Virus record (IMG/VR): IMGVR_UViG_3300046517_002304
Coordinates: 310,001-374,000 of that record
Length of the DNA: 64,000 nt
Reading direction: 5' to 3' (one strand)
The notes beneath the pieces were generated by a model. It had not been told where the DNA came from, made no database searches, and worked only from the letters and a program-made list of their open reading frames with translations. The position numbers and the translations under genes were made by a program. Shown in pieces: positions 11,863 through 22,820 of this stretch; positions within the stretch are counted from its first letter, which is position 1, and each line of letters starts with the position of its first letter.

Positions 11863-12165
11863 TGGCTATTTCCTATGGATAACTAAACCGTCTCCGACCC
11901 CTGTGCAACTATCGGCCTATGCATGTCCGTTTCTTACGCCTGCACACTATTAACATGCACACTTTTTACGGTTTAGCTTTGCTTATTGCTTCGCTTTCGC
12001 TATTAGCCATTCCAGTCCACTTTACGGAATAGCTCATGTCGCCAAGTTGTTTGCGGCAATAGCGGCAACGCGGGAATCTATTTTTGGGAACTGGAGAACG
12101 CCCCCAGTAGTAGGATGCGCAGTCGCAATTAACTCTCAGCACCCAATAATAGAATTTCTTCGTCA

Positions 12166-12354
12166 CTAGGACTTGATGGCTTTATTGACTTCGCTGACAG
12201 TCGTCTTGACTTCGTCTTCAACGCCGCTCAGTCCCTTCTTGAATTGGACAAAGCTGCTGCCGACGCTGCGGGCGATTCCTGGAAGCTTGTTCCCGAACAG
12301 AACTGTCCCGACCAAAAGCACCAGTCCGATTTCCATGTAAGAAATTCCGAAAAT
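12166..12354 (-). CDS. tatA: Twin-arginine translocase subunit TatA (missed by ORF track)
   Basis: (M)FGISYMEIGLVLLVGTVLFGNKLPGIARSVGSSFVQFKKGL...: single TM helix, FG hinge, KLP, amphipathic helix, FKKG. Start at ATT 12354 or ATG 12336. Confidence 0.85.
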   Translation of the reverse strand: MFGISYMEIGLVLLVGTVLFGNKLPGIARSVGSSFVQFKKGLSGVEDEVKTTVSEVNKAIKS

Positions 12355-12416
12355 GATTGCATCTCTCTTTCTTTATTGAGTGATTGAACGCGGGTTTTGT
12401 AATGTATTATGGATAA

Positions 12417-12950
12417 CTAAAGTTTTGAACCAGAAATCATAAACGCAATCGGTAAAGTAAATCTTTTTTTACCGATATCAAGTTTAATTTCCTCGCCTAA
12501 TAAACCATCAATCCATTTCTCATTAAATTGCTGTTCGCTGACAAAAGTGTTTATATCATTTCCCATATAAGAATTTATCACATGATAAAGATCATGGTCA
12601 ACTCCTACAAGATTCATTGCGTGTATACTTAGTTTGCCACACTTATTGCGCTTGGCCACATCACTTTGTTCCGCACCTAAAATAATACAAGTATAATTCT
12701 TAAGCAAATACTTTTTTAAGCTGGCGATTGTTTTTAAGCCATCAATCACAATTACATCATGTTCAATAAACATTGCATTAACAGCGCTATAAAGCTGGCG
12801 AAACTCACGGCTTTCAACTTGACCGCCCATTGCATTTTGGATGCGGTCTATATCTATCGATTTCTCCATACATGCCGCAGCATTATAAATTGCAGTAGGT
12901 ACGCATTCGTATTCTCTACAAGTAGAGCGAATTGTTATATCGGTTCGCAT
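12417..12950 (-). CDS. Putative papain-like (C39-like) cysteine peptidase
   Basis: ECVPTAIYNA (Cys at helix start), HAMNLVG, INS. Confidence 0.4.
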   Translation of the reverse strand: MRTDITIRSTCREYECVPTAIYNAAACMEKSIDIDRIQNAMGGQVESREFRQLYSAVNAMFIEHDVIVIDGLKTIASLKKYLLKNYTCIILGAEQSDVAKRNKCGKLSIHAMNLVGVDHDLYHVINSYMGNDINTFVSEQQFNEKWIDGLLGEEIKLDIGKKRFTLPIAFMISGSKL

Positions 12951-13189
12951 TTAATCTCGGCTTTTGAGATGGCAGCGAGAGTAGATTGCCGTTAGAATAT
13001 GAGTTACAAGATCATTTGGCCCGGCGGTTACAGGAACAAACTTAAGTTTAAATCCTTCTGTGCTTGCTGGCTTACCAGCTACACAGAAATCAAAGTTCCC
13101 GCGACGGCGCAGTTTGCCGAAGCTATCTCGCAACTCATAACGGCCAGTTTGGCCGAATCCCTTTGAATCAGTGGTGGGGAAGATAGCTG

Positions 13190-13756
13190 TCATGACTTAA
13201 AGAACTCAACCAGCGAAGCTTTAACGAATTCATCATTACTTACTTGAACTCCATTAATCCAATATTCTTCTGTACGAGTCCTGGAATCAGGGAGATATAT
13301 TTTTGCAGGTCCGTTAAGGCGATGAAGTTTCCCATTCTGCCACCATGCCGTAAGGCTTTTTGTTTCTACGGCAGGACCACCTATACGGTGAGGTCTTCCA
13401 TGCTGGTACCATTTTTTTTGGAGGATTTCTCCGTCAAGACTCTCTATAAAGGCAGGAGCGCCTGCACAATGCACGCTTCCCGTATCGTCGTAATGTGTTT
13501 CATGAATAAAATCACAGGAATTTCTTATTACTCGCTTCGGCTCACCATTTGAATAAAACCAAGCTTCTTTAAATCTAGTTTTTTTATAAACAACTAGCCC
13601 ATCACAGACCCCGTAAACATTGCCATTTAATTTCCCATACACAATTTCTTCCTTTTTAACTTCTGGTTCAGGGATAACTACCGCTTTAACTTCATTCTTG
13701 CCGAAGAATGAAAGCAAGCCAACGGGAAAAATGCTAAGGAAATTTCTACGCTGCAT
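13190..13756 (-). CDS. Tat-signal HRxDGPA-repeat protein
   Basis: Likely start MQRRNFLSIFPVGLLSFFGKNEVKA; HRIGGPA, LHRLNGPA. Confidence 0.75.
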   Translation of the reverse strand: MQRRNFLSIFPVGLLSFFGKNEVKAVVIPEPEVKKEEIVYGKLNGNVYGVCDGLVVYKKTRFKEAWFYSNGEPKRVIRNSCDFIHETHYDDTGSVHCAGAPAFIESLDGEILQKKWYQHGRPHRIGGPAVETKSLTAWWQNGKLHRLNGPAKIYLPDSRTRTEEYWINGVQVSNDEFVKASLVEFFKS

Positions 13757-14045
13757 TTTTGATTCCCTTAAGACCACAGGCGTCTAAAAGAAGATTGCGA
13801 AGTTCTCTAATGTTCGGATCGTGTTGGCAGTGATTATCGGCCGCTACGACGATTGCCTGTCGTAACTCTTCCGGTATTCCAAGTTTTATACTAATGATAT
13901 ACCAATCACTAAAAGGTTTGTTTTCTAACGATGAAATTGGGCAACAATACTCGTAGTCGCAAGTTCTAATTTTGTTTTCAATTAATGATAATTGCCACTT
14001 TTTATTAGTGGCCTTCAGGGCGGCGATAAATTGTTTGAGGTTCAT
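13746..14045 (-). CDS. MNLKQFIA paralogue family, copy 3
   Basis: Internal Met of ORF 13746..14084 matches the family start. Confidence 0.7.
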   Translation of the reverse strand: MNLKQFIAALKATNKKWQLSLIENKIRTCDYEYCCPISSLENKPFSDWYIISIKLGIPEELRQAIVVAADNHCQHDPNIRELRNLLLDACGLKGIKNAA

Positions 14046-14353
14046 GGTTTTTCGCGTCTCTGAAAATGACCGTTTAAATACCATTCTTTTGTACCGTTTG
14101 CTTGAATTACGGCAGGACCGCCTTTACGGTGAGGCTTACCATGCTTATACCATGCTTGCAAGCCGTCAGAGAAAATTATTGCTGGCCCATCTTCTCTGTG
14201 CAACTCTCCGTCTTCGTCAAACCAGCGTTGAACTCCGTCCTCGTCTACTGAATGAACGATTTTATTTTTTACTTGATGTTCGCTATCCTCAACCGGATGC
14301 TCAAAAGTAAATATCCGAACAGCAAGCAACAAAGAGAAAATGCTCGTTTGCAT
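14042..14353 (-). CDS. HRxDGPA-repeat protein without RR motif
   Basis: LHREDGPA, HRKGGPA; hydrophobic N-terminus. Confidence 0.7.
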   Translation of the reverse strand: MQTSIFSLLLAVRIFTFEHPVEDSEHQVKNKIVHSVDEDGVQRWFDEDGELHREDGPAIIFSDGLQAWYKHGKPHRKGGPAVIQANGTKEWYLNGHFQRREKP

Positions 14354-14380
14354 GTTATCCTCCGAAAAGGATATGGATAA

Positions 14381-15124
14381 CTAAGTTCTCGGACCAAAGT
14401 CGTGAGGGCTGAACATATGCCCGCCTGGACCGTAATCCAAGAGCAGTTGTTCATTATATCGCCTGAGCTTTACCGCATATGCAAGCGGATCTCTAGTTCC
14501 AGTTGCCAATGGGATTCTGTGGTGAATTTTTATTTTTCCATCTTTATCATTATAAAAAATAATATCACCACTATCACACCTAATCTGCGGAATACTCTCA
14601 GCATATGCAATGCAAGGATTAACAGAATGCTCTGATACTGGAACAGCAGGAAGATTATGAACGGCATTCCACCATTCTTCCCGATCCATACATTGACCAT
14701 TTAAAGCATAATAGCAAGTTTTACCGCTCTTCTGAATAACGGCCGGTCCATCTTCTCTGTGTCTAGCCCCATGCTGATAGTAGTGATGGCTATGAGTGCC
14801 ATCAACACATTTAATTATCATGGCCGGATTGTTGTCTCTATGAATAAGTCCATTTTCATCATACCAGCATTCTATAAGCGCTCCCTTTTTATAACGAACA
14901 ATCCCATCCTTAATGCCGATAGTTTCTTTTTCCCCGACAGAGTAAAAAATTCCATCATGGAAGTAAGATGGACTGTCTGCCATGTCGTCGTTTGGATATG
15001 TTGGGATTGGCTCCTCAGTATAAGAATCATCAGGCGATTCTGAGACAGCCGCAACGATAGGCTTAATTAAGCCAACGCTGGCGAACATTGCGGGGATTGC
15101 AGCAAAGAAATTACGTCGCTTCAT
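14381..15124 (-). CDS. Tat-signal HRxDGPA-repeat protein
   Basis: MKRRNFFAAIPAMFASVG...; IHRDNNPA, HREDGPA. Confidence 0.75.
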   Translation of the reverse strand: MKRRNFFAAIPAMFASVGLIKPIVAAVSESPDDSYTEEPIPTYPNDDMADSPSYFHDGIFYSVGEKETIGIKDGIVRYKKGALIECWYDENGLIHRDNNPAMIIKCVDGTHSHHYYQHGARHREDGPAVIQKSGKTCYYALNGQCMDREEWWNAVHNLPAVPVSEHSVNPCIAYAESIPQIRCDSGDIIFYNDKDGKIKIHHRIPLATGTRDPLAYAVKLRRYNEQLLLDYGPGGHMFSPHDFGPRT

Positions 15125-16036
15125 GGTTTATTCCTTAATTGCTCTTTTGAAGATGAAGGTTTTAATATTAGAAGATGTTACTAACGAAGAACTATGTTCA
15201 ACTCTTTCAATACTAACTAGCTCCCATCCATCATTGCCATACTTGTTTAGATACTCCTTTAGCAACCTAGCATCGGCCCCACAACAATCATTCTTTACCA
15301 TGTACTCCCACTTCATGATTGTTCTCCGCAGAAATCAGCGGACATCTTGCTGTCCACCAACTGGAACTAAATGGCTAACCAGAGTAAGCCTTTGTCTATG
15401 CGAAAGCGGCCACACAATTTGATATGTCATACTAAATGAATTATAATTTTGTCCAGAGCAGAAGTCATCACATACATCTTGCCCTTTGTCTCGGAGAATA
15501 AGAAATCGTTCTCCATGGATATCTTCCACAACATCCATAGCTTTACATTCGCGGAGTTTCATTGGCCTTGAATCCTCAATTCCCATTTATTGGGCATTTG
15601 TAGACACGTTTGAATAGGGATGCCATCTATACTATAGGCATGCGGAGAAGCTAAAGTCATACCTCTAATTTCTGTAAATATAAGAAACCAATTATCTCGC
15701 ACAATAATCTGTGAAATACGAACATTTTTCTGCTGGCATTTGGTTATTACTGCCATCATCGCATAAAACGAATCCCTGTTTGAATTTTCCATGATTGCTC
15801 CTTATGGATAACTAAATCAATGAAACTTGTGAAGGATGTACTCCATAAATACTATGCCCTTCAGTATTAGAAATCAACCACTCAGCATTTCTACCCCACC
15901 TTGGATTTTTACTTACTGCTATAAACTCCCCGATAAAATCGTTAAATAATTCTTTATGTCCCATTTCGTCTACGCCAGATACTTTAACTTTCGTGCAGTA
16001 GGCGGGAGGATTTTCCATGATTATTTATGGATAACT

Positions 16037-16070
16037 AAAAATAGCGGTAGGAATTCCTACCGCTATTTTT
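16037..16070. terminator. Intrinsic terminator, perfect 34-bp palindrome
   Basis: AAAAATAGCGGTAGGAATTCCTACCGCTATTTTT downstream of 16093..16377, abutting the motif copy at 16026. Confidence 0.8.
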
Positions 16071-16092
16071 CAAAGTTGCCAATCAACAGCAA

Positions 16093-16377
16093 TTAGTCCT
16101 TCTTGATGGTCCTGGCACCGGCAAGGAACTCCCGCACTTCTTTCGCAGCGTTGCGCATCGCACAACCGAACGCCCAAACCGTAGGCTTCACGTTACGCTT
16201 GTCGTTCTGAAGAATCAGATCGGCAAGCATTTCGGCCTGAGGAGCATTCAGACAAACCGAAACCGTCCCTTGGAACGGCTTCGCGTTGAATGTCCCGGTC
16301 GGCTGGTATTCGGTCTGAGCCACTTCCGTTTCGTCAACCGGCTCACGCTCAATCGGCTGACCATTGAACTGCACCAT
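16093..16377 (-). CDS. Hypothetical protein, probably highly expressed (paralogue of 50477-50776)
   Basis: AAGGAG SD, own motif and terminator, GC-rich codons; NxxQAExLxxLIL...PxV(W/F)AF shared. Confidence 0.7.
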   Translation of the reverse strand: MVQFNGQPIEREPVDETEVAQTEYQPTGTFNAKPFQGTVSVCLNAPQAEMLADLILQNDKRNVKPTVWAFGCAMRNAAKEVREFLAGARTIKKD

Positions 16378-17687
16378 TGTCGCATCTCCTTAAGTAAAAA
16401 AAGTTTTTTTCAATTAGTTAAGGCTTATTGCCTAACTTTCCGAAGTCTTATGGATAACTAAAAATCGTTCGGGCCACTTTAACTGTTGGAGCAATATTTC
16501 CGGCTAGCAGGATCAGCTCTCGTTTCCTTCTGCATACCCCTTGTGAGGGCGTGAATCCATGCAGAGAGATGTGCGTGACGCACCACCGGACGATTGTAGT
16601 TTATCTATCTCGGGTAAAAGCCAATCTAAATAACATTTGCTAATCTGCCTATTGGCGTACCAATACGCGCCTACAAACATAATTGCACCAAGCCAATTTT
16701 CTAAACCAAACCGTTTCTCCACATAATGGCCTATGCATCCTGCTGCAAGAATATTAGCTATAAGCCATTTAACAGCGAAGCGAATAATTAAAAACCATAA
16801 AGCTTTATTCGTGCTTGCACTTGCACTCTTCAAAGATTGTTCGGGTATGTCCATCGGCAGCAAATATCTCCCAAAATTCCTTCGCATTGATGCGTTTGAA
16901 TATGAGCGTTCCTTTATGAAGCTTACTGCCCGAATGCAGAACAGCTTTCTTCAAGTCCTTGGTGTGCTTTTGCTCTTTAGCCCAATTATGCATTATTAGG
17001 ATTGCTCCGTTATAGCAAAAACCCCATCTTTCCATGCCACATTGTCTGTAGGAAACTTACCATAAATCCAATTATTATAAGCCGCATCCCAATCAGGGGA
17101 CTTATTTGTAATAATTATCGTTGGAGTTTCTCCACCGAATTCACTACAGTTTTGTAATTTGATTACTTTGTATGCCATTATACGCTCACCTTTCGGAAAT
17201 CTTCAGGAATCACAGAACCTTCAATCATAGGATCTGAAAGCCATGCGCCTTTGATTGTTTTATAACCAAGCCTAGTGTGCAAAGCATACATTTCCGCATA
17301 ATACTTAAACTGCTCAAACGAATCATAATTTTTCTGAAGGCGGCAACGCCAGCCAGTAATCCCAGATTTGCACTTTACACGTTTCATGATGCTCCCATAT
17401 GGATAACTAAAAACCCCACACCGAAACCAGCATGGGGCCATATGATATGATTGTCGGCCTTATTCATCATCGCCGTCAAGAGTCCATCCGGGCGGCTTCC
17501 ATTCATCGCCTTCAATGCGACCAAACCCACCGGCAAAACCATGCCGACCATTTCCAAAATTGTTATTATTGTTTCTATAATTCTCTGATGTTCTGACTGT
17601 TGCGTCAGCGTAATGATTCATTACGATAGCCGTCAAAATACAGCCGCCGATAAATGCAACAAGAGCAGTTATGATTATTGTCATATA

Positions 17688-18254
17688 TTAGTGCCGTTCT
17701 GGCCGATTGAGTGAGTCAGGAAAAAACTCCCCTTTGGTAAACTTATAATACATGGGAGCCATCTTACCGGCAACAAAATCACGAATCCTGTCTGCTACAA
17801 TATGAGGATTTCTAGCGTTGCCACTAGGATAATGACTTTCCACAAACAGATATTGAGCATCTTCTTCTGTAATTTCAAAGAATTTAGCAGCAACTTTGCG
17901 GGAATGTTTCCATCTAAAATATAGATCAGAAACATCTACGTCTTTTATGTCTTCGCCGATAAACTTAACAAAATAAACGCCCTTGTCGCGCTGATGATTC
18001 TTGAGTGGGTTTTTGCACTCATACTCAAAAACTTTCGGAAAAACTAACGGCAAATGACCAACAGCACAAGCTTGTGTGCCGCATTCATTGACGATAGGTT
18101 CGTCCAGCTCACGAGGGATACCAAAAACCAAGTTATGTAAATTAAACCTTGCTTGAATTACTTTAGTGTCAAGATAATCCGCAAATATGAGTAAGTTCTG
18201 ATCTGCTTCTGGACTTCTGGTGTTCATTTGCACCCTATCTTTGCCATGCAGCAA
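17688..18254 (-). CDS. Hypothetical protein with CGTxxCxxGHLP motif
   Basis: Paralogue of 10658-11152. Confidence 0.65.
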   Translation of the reverse strand: MLHGKDRVQMNTRSPEADQNLLIFADYLDTKVIQARFNLHNLVFGIPRELDEPIVNECGTQACAVGHLPLVFPKVFEYECKNPLKNHQRDKGVYFVKFIGEDIKDVDVSDLYFRWKHSRKVAAKFFEITEEDAQYLFVESHYPSGNARNPHIVADRIRDFVAGKMAPMYYKFTKGEFFPDSLNRPERH

Positions 18255-21009
18255 ATAGCCGCCAACGCGACGAAAGGAGTTAGCCAGCTTTGGCCAAGGT
18301 AAGCAAGCGCAAGGATTGTAGCATCACCGATACACATAATTAGCAAAATGCAAATAACTGATGTCAAGTTATTTTTACTCATGTTCATTCCAAACTCGCT
18401 TAATGTCTTCCCACATAATTTTAAAAACCCAATAAATCAATAGAGCGAAAACTAAAAGGGTGGCGACATCATCAAACGTCGGATTAAGGCTACACATCTT
18501 TTTAGCCTTTAAGAACAAAATAAAGACCACATAAGCTACGAATATCTTCAGCATTTCTCCGATAGATTTTAATCTTGACTTCCAGTTAAATTTCATGTCA
18601 TCCGCCCAAGTTTGGGTTATGTGGCTTCTGGTAAAACTTAGTTTGATCGCCGGACTCAACAATCGTATAATTAACTCTTGTCTTAGTAATCATTCCCATG
18701 CCGCCACGATGACTGGTTTTGAGCTGCTTCAGCCTGGCTCTGACATTAGCATAAGAATCTGTCATTAGGACTCTCTGCTTACCCTTACGATGCTCAATCA
18801 GGTCGTAGAGTTGTTTCATAACTAACTCCCCATGCTGAATTTGTAGACCCACACATCTTCCCAATGACCATCAAGCCTGACGTTCTCTAAAAATACATGA
18901 TGATAATCACCCGTAGCCCTAATCATTTCTTCTGCAAACACACAAATTTGTAGCCACGTAGGACTAAAGGCTACTTCGCTTTTATAATTTCCTTCATCTG
19001 ATTTTTGGACAAACTGAACCTTACCGACAACAGGAACGTCATCCAGATTATCTATAGGAACATCGTTTGCATCGCTCTTATACGCAGAATAAAATACATG
19101 CACGAGGCCGCCAACTTGTGATGAAACAATATCATGAACTCTTTTCCTAATATCTACATACGCATCCCTAGATTGCGTTGCTATTTTTTCATGTTCTTTT
19201 TGCTCTTTTTTAGTGTGAAGAGCATGCCCTTCATCATCACAAGCGCGAACAACCGTGTTCGGGGTCATATAAGTTAAAGTATACTCGGGACCAAGAACTG
19301 GCATACTGGCCGGATTACGGCGAGGTGCCGCAGGAACAAGCCTACGATAAAGAATATCATTGCGGCGAAAAAATCCTTTGGGCTGGATTTCCGCAAGCGA
19401 AACTATAACTTGTTCTTTATTCATGATTGGTCGCCTTATCTGTCATACGATTAAATTCTATTTGAGTCTCAACTTCGCTTAATAAAACATCCAAAGATGA
19501 ATCTTTGCTAGAAATTAAAAATCCACTAATTAATTGCTCTAAATGAACCAGAGTCATTCTCCTAGGCCATGTTCTCTTAAGAAACAGCAATTCGGTTAAA
19601 CAGCCGTCACAAATAAAACGAGATTGACCAAAGATAGTCTTCTCGCATAGGATTTTTTGACAATCCCCTCTGTCACACTTGCGAAGGCCCATCCTTTAAT
19701 ATCCAGTCAGCACAAGTTTTTCAAATTCCACCTTGAACTCCACTCCGGTTTCATTGTCTTTAATAACGCAATCATTTTCATACAGAGTAGAGATGTTTCC
19801 TTCAATGAAGGTCGGCGTACTCGCCCCGTTAAGGAAAAGATAGCAGGCAACTTGATTTCCAACTTTAAACATAGCGTTTACTTTGGCTTTCTGAAATGAG
19901 AAGTATCGGAGATCCATGTCTTATTCCGGCAATTCTGCAAGGATCGCGTAATAGTTAATCGTATATTCGTCAGCATTCTTCTTTGGAAGATTTGCCATAC
20001 AGAATCCGTAAGTTCCGCGACACATAAGCCTACCATCGGGATTTCTTAATTCCCAACGGCCCGAACCGTCATATCCCATTGGCTTACTCGGCGGAATTCT
20101 TGGTTTAATGCTCATGGTCGCTTATGGATAACTAGTTTATTTTCCCAATTTGCCCATTTACTATATGCATTATAAATTCTATGCTTTGCAGCAATCAAAT
20201 AATGAATACAAAATGAAACGGCGAAAGGCGAACATAAGTAGGCTATTTGCTCATTGCTTACGTCATTCCTTGTCAGAAGCGCCAGCACGATTAAAATTGC
20301 TCCAGCGATTGTCATCGGGAGCAAAACTCTCTTATTGAAATCGGCTTCTTCCATGATTAGTCTCCGTAAAGGTCTGATGCAGTGATTGCGAGCACGATTC
20401 CGAAAAGTATAACTCCCACATAATCATGCTTATATAACGATGAACACAGGCAGATAGCCGAAAGCACAGCGATTAATTTAGCTTTAAAGTTTTTCATTAT
20501 GGACACGACTTTTCGGCAATGCAAGTGCCTGGCGGAGGAATCGTCAAGGGATTATTGACCATCCCACGACGCTTTTTCTTGAATTCAAATCGTTTTTTGT
20601 TACTAATTTCAAATTGATGTGACAAAACTACGTCAGAACTAGCGGCGGAAATATTCCCATGAATAAGGTGAGTCGCAAGACGAACATCGGACAAATCAAA
20701 GCCATAATCAAGCAGTTGCCTTAAATGCTGCTCAACTAAATTTGAGATTTCGTGGGCGAAATCATTCGTAGGCTGATGAACGATATTACCGTATTCATTT
20801 GAAATTTTCATGATGATGTCTTATGGATAACTATTCGCTGACACTCGGCAAGCCATATTGCCGCCGGAAATAGTTAATATGAGCAAGTTGAACCTGTGTT
20901 CTTTTCACTGGAGTTCCGTCAAGGCACTTATTTTCGCTGTCAGGAATGTGAGCATTAATACGTTTAATTTCTTCGGCAGGGAGCTGAGGGCATCGCGTTA
21001 CATTGCTTT

Positions 21010-21489
21010 TCATGATTGATCCTTATATAGAACTAATTCGTAATTCCAGCCGGCATCCCCCCATTTTTGGATTATACTTTGAGTAAATCCAAACTTCTCA
21101 TATAAATGAATGGCGACCTGATTGGTTTTACGAACATCTAAATGTATTGACTTACAGCCATCTTCTTTTGCTACTTTAATTAAAGAACCAAGTAATAGAT
21201 TGCCATATCCTTTATTTCTATATTGTTCTTTAATATAAAGTCCGTGTAGCTTAACTACACCATCTGGCCAGTATGCTAATGATCCATCCCCGAAATTATC
21301 TTTATCTGTAAAAAGAATAAAACGTTTGCCAGTTAATTGAATTCTAGCATCAACTTTATCGGCACCACTATAAATTACAGGATTTATTTTTTCATCAGAC
21401 CCAACTATTTCTGCCTCCCCGATAGGAGCATCATTTATAAAGAATCTAAAATTTCTTTTAAACAATAAGAAGGTTGGATGGGTGCTCAT
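21010..21489 (-). CDS. GNAT family N-acetyltransferase (RimI-like)
   Basis: LYIKEQYRNKGYGNLLL; LDVRKTNQVAIHLYEKFGF. Confidence 0.85.
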   Translation of the reverse strand: MSTHPTFLLFKRNFRFFINDAPIGEAEIVGSDEKINPVIYSGADKVDARIQLTGKRFILFTDKDNFGDGSLAYWPDGVVKLHGLYIKEQYRNKGYGNLLLGSLIKVAKEDGCKSIHLDVRKTNQVAIHLYEKFGFTQSIIQKWGDAGWNYELVLYKDQS

Positions 21490-21806
21490 TTTCCGTAGGC
21501 GATTTCCAGAACTTCAAATGCTGCACAGACCTCTACGAATCTGTCGTTGGATTCTTTGGAATTACCGTTGCGGTCAGGATGGTACTTGCCCACAAGCTTT
21601 TTATAAGCCTTCTTAATTTCATCCCATGTAGGCTTGCCACGCAATCCCAAGACTTCAATCGGGTTTAGCTCGCCGACGACTTCTCGGGCAACATCAACAC
21701 CCATCCTATCGTGGAAGCATGCTCGCCATTGTGCGGCATCACCATATCCCTCAATTTCAGGACTATAGGTTTTATACCCATCAAGGATGCCGCGCTTTTT
21801 AGCCAT
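21486..21806 (-). CDS. J-domain (DnaJ-like) co-chaperone
   Basis: EVLGL...EIKKAYKKLVGKYHPDRN...FVEVCAAFEVL with HPD motif. Confidence 0.9.
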   Translation of the reverse strand: MAKKRGILDGYKTYSPEIEGYGDAAQWRACFHDRMGVDVAREVVGELNPIEVLGLRGKPTWDEIKKAYKKLVGKYHPDRNGNSKESNDRFVEVCAAFEVLEIAYGK

Positions 21807-22045
21807 TACGCTATTTTCGCCTCGTATGGCTTTTCAAAACCTGGAAGACCAAGCGCCTTCAAGTGCTTGCAATGTCGGTGAATTTTCCAACCGGGGCAGG
21901 AGCAAGCGAAATGTCGCTTCTGAATATTTTGAGAAACAATGTAAACCCTGTTAGATGTTTCTGAACGAATCTCCATACGATTCGTCCATTGCCCATTATC
22001 GGGCAACGCCAGAGTACCAGCAGGTTTTCGGATTAGGTTTGCCAT
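21806..22045 (-). CDS. SWIM-type zinc finger protein
   Basis: YIVS...CSCPGW...HCKHL. Confidence 0.7.
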   Translation of the reverse strand: MANLIRKPAGTLALPDNGQWTNRMEIRSETSNRVYIVSQNIQKRHFACSCPGWKIHRHCKHLKALGLPGFEKPYEAKIA

Positions 22046-22075
22046 GATGTTCCTTTATGGATAACTAAAAATCAG

Positions 22076-22212
22076 TGGAGGTGCTGAGGAGTGACCTCAG
22101 GTCCAGTCAAGTGCTATCAATTATCAGAAGTCGTTTTTAAGGCGTTTTTCTTCTTTCCATCTACCACGATGGGATAATTGGGGTTCACCGCTGTCGATTC
22201 ACATTCACCCCC
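22076..22212 (-). ncRNA. Miniature tmRNA-like RNA (137 nt)
   Basis: 5' GGGGGTG...GAATCGACAG and 3' CTGGAC-CTGAG(GTCACTC)CTCAG-CACCTCC-A; acceptor stem with G3-U70 and discriminator A; motif 15 nt upstream. Confidence 0.7.
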
Positions 22213-22820
22213 AAATCATTTTATGTTTATGGATAACTAATAATCCCTATGATTAAAAGGATCTATCCGAGACATATGCCCCACCAAAAAATAAACCAGG
22301 ATAGCCCACGGCACCACGATAGACACGGTTACGCCGCAGAGTGCCGCTCCTAGCCATTCGCCGCAACCAGCAGCCTTAAGTGCCCCAACGTACAGCCAAT
22401 CTAAAAATTTGCCATACCAAATTGTCAAGTAAATCATTAATGAAATAAATGGCCCAAGTAGTACGAAAAAGGTGATATTCTTGCCCTTTTGTGTGCTGAC
22501 GAATGAACCGAAAAATTCAAACAATTCGCCGAACATGATTATCTCCTTAAAGAGTTGCTCTGCTACCGCCAAGTCCGCTAGGACATTCCCCGCCTCTTGA
22601 ACAATAATACATCATATTTTTATACAAGCAAAGTCCACAGGCCGAACAATTTCCAACAACAGGATTAGGTGATTTGTCTTGATATGGCCATTTAGAATGG
22701 CCGTCATGATCTGGATTAATAGCGGGAGGCCACGTTCCAAAATCGCTCTTAGGTACAGCATTTCGCTTAGCGATATCATCAGATGATTTAAATTTATCAC
22801 TGATATTTTGGATTACATTC

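Noticed and set aside
22076-22212. Intron-containing tRNA-Ala
   Set aside because: No D stem or anticodon arm; the ends match tmRNA-type D-loop and GGAC features instead.
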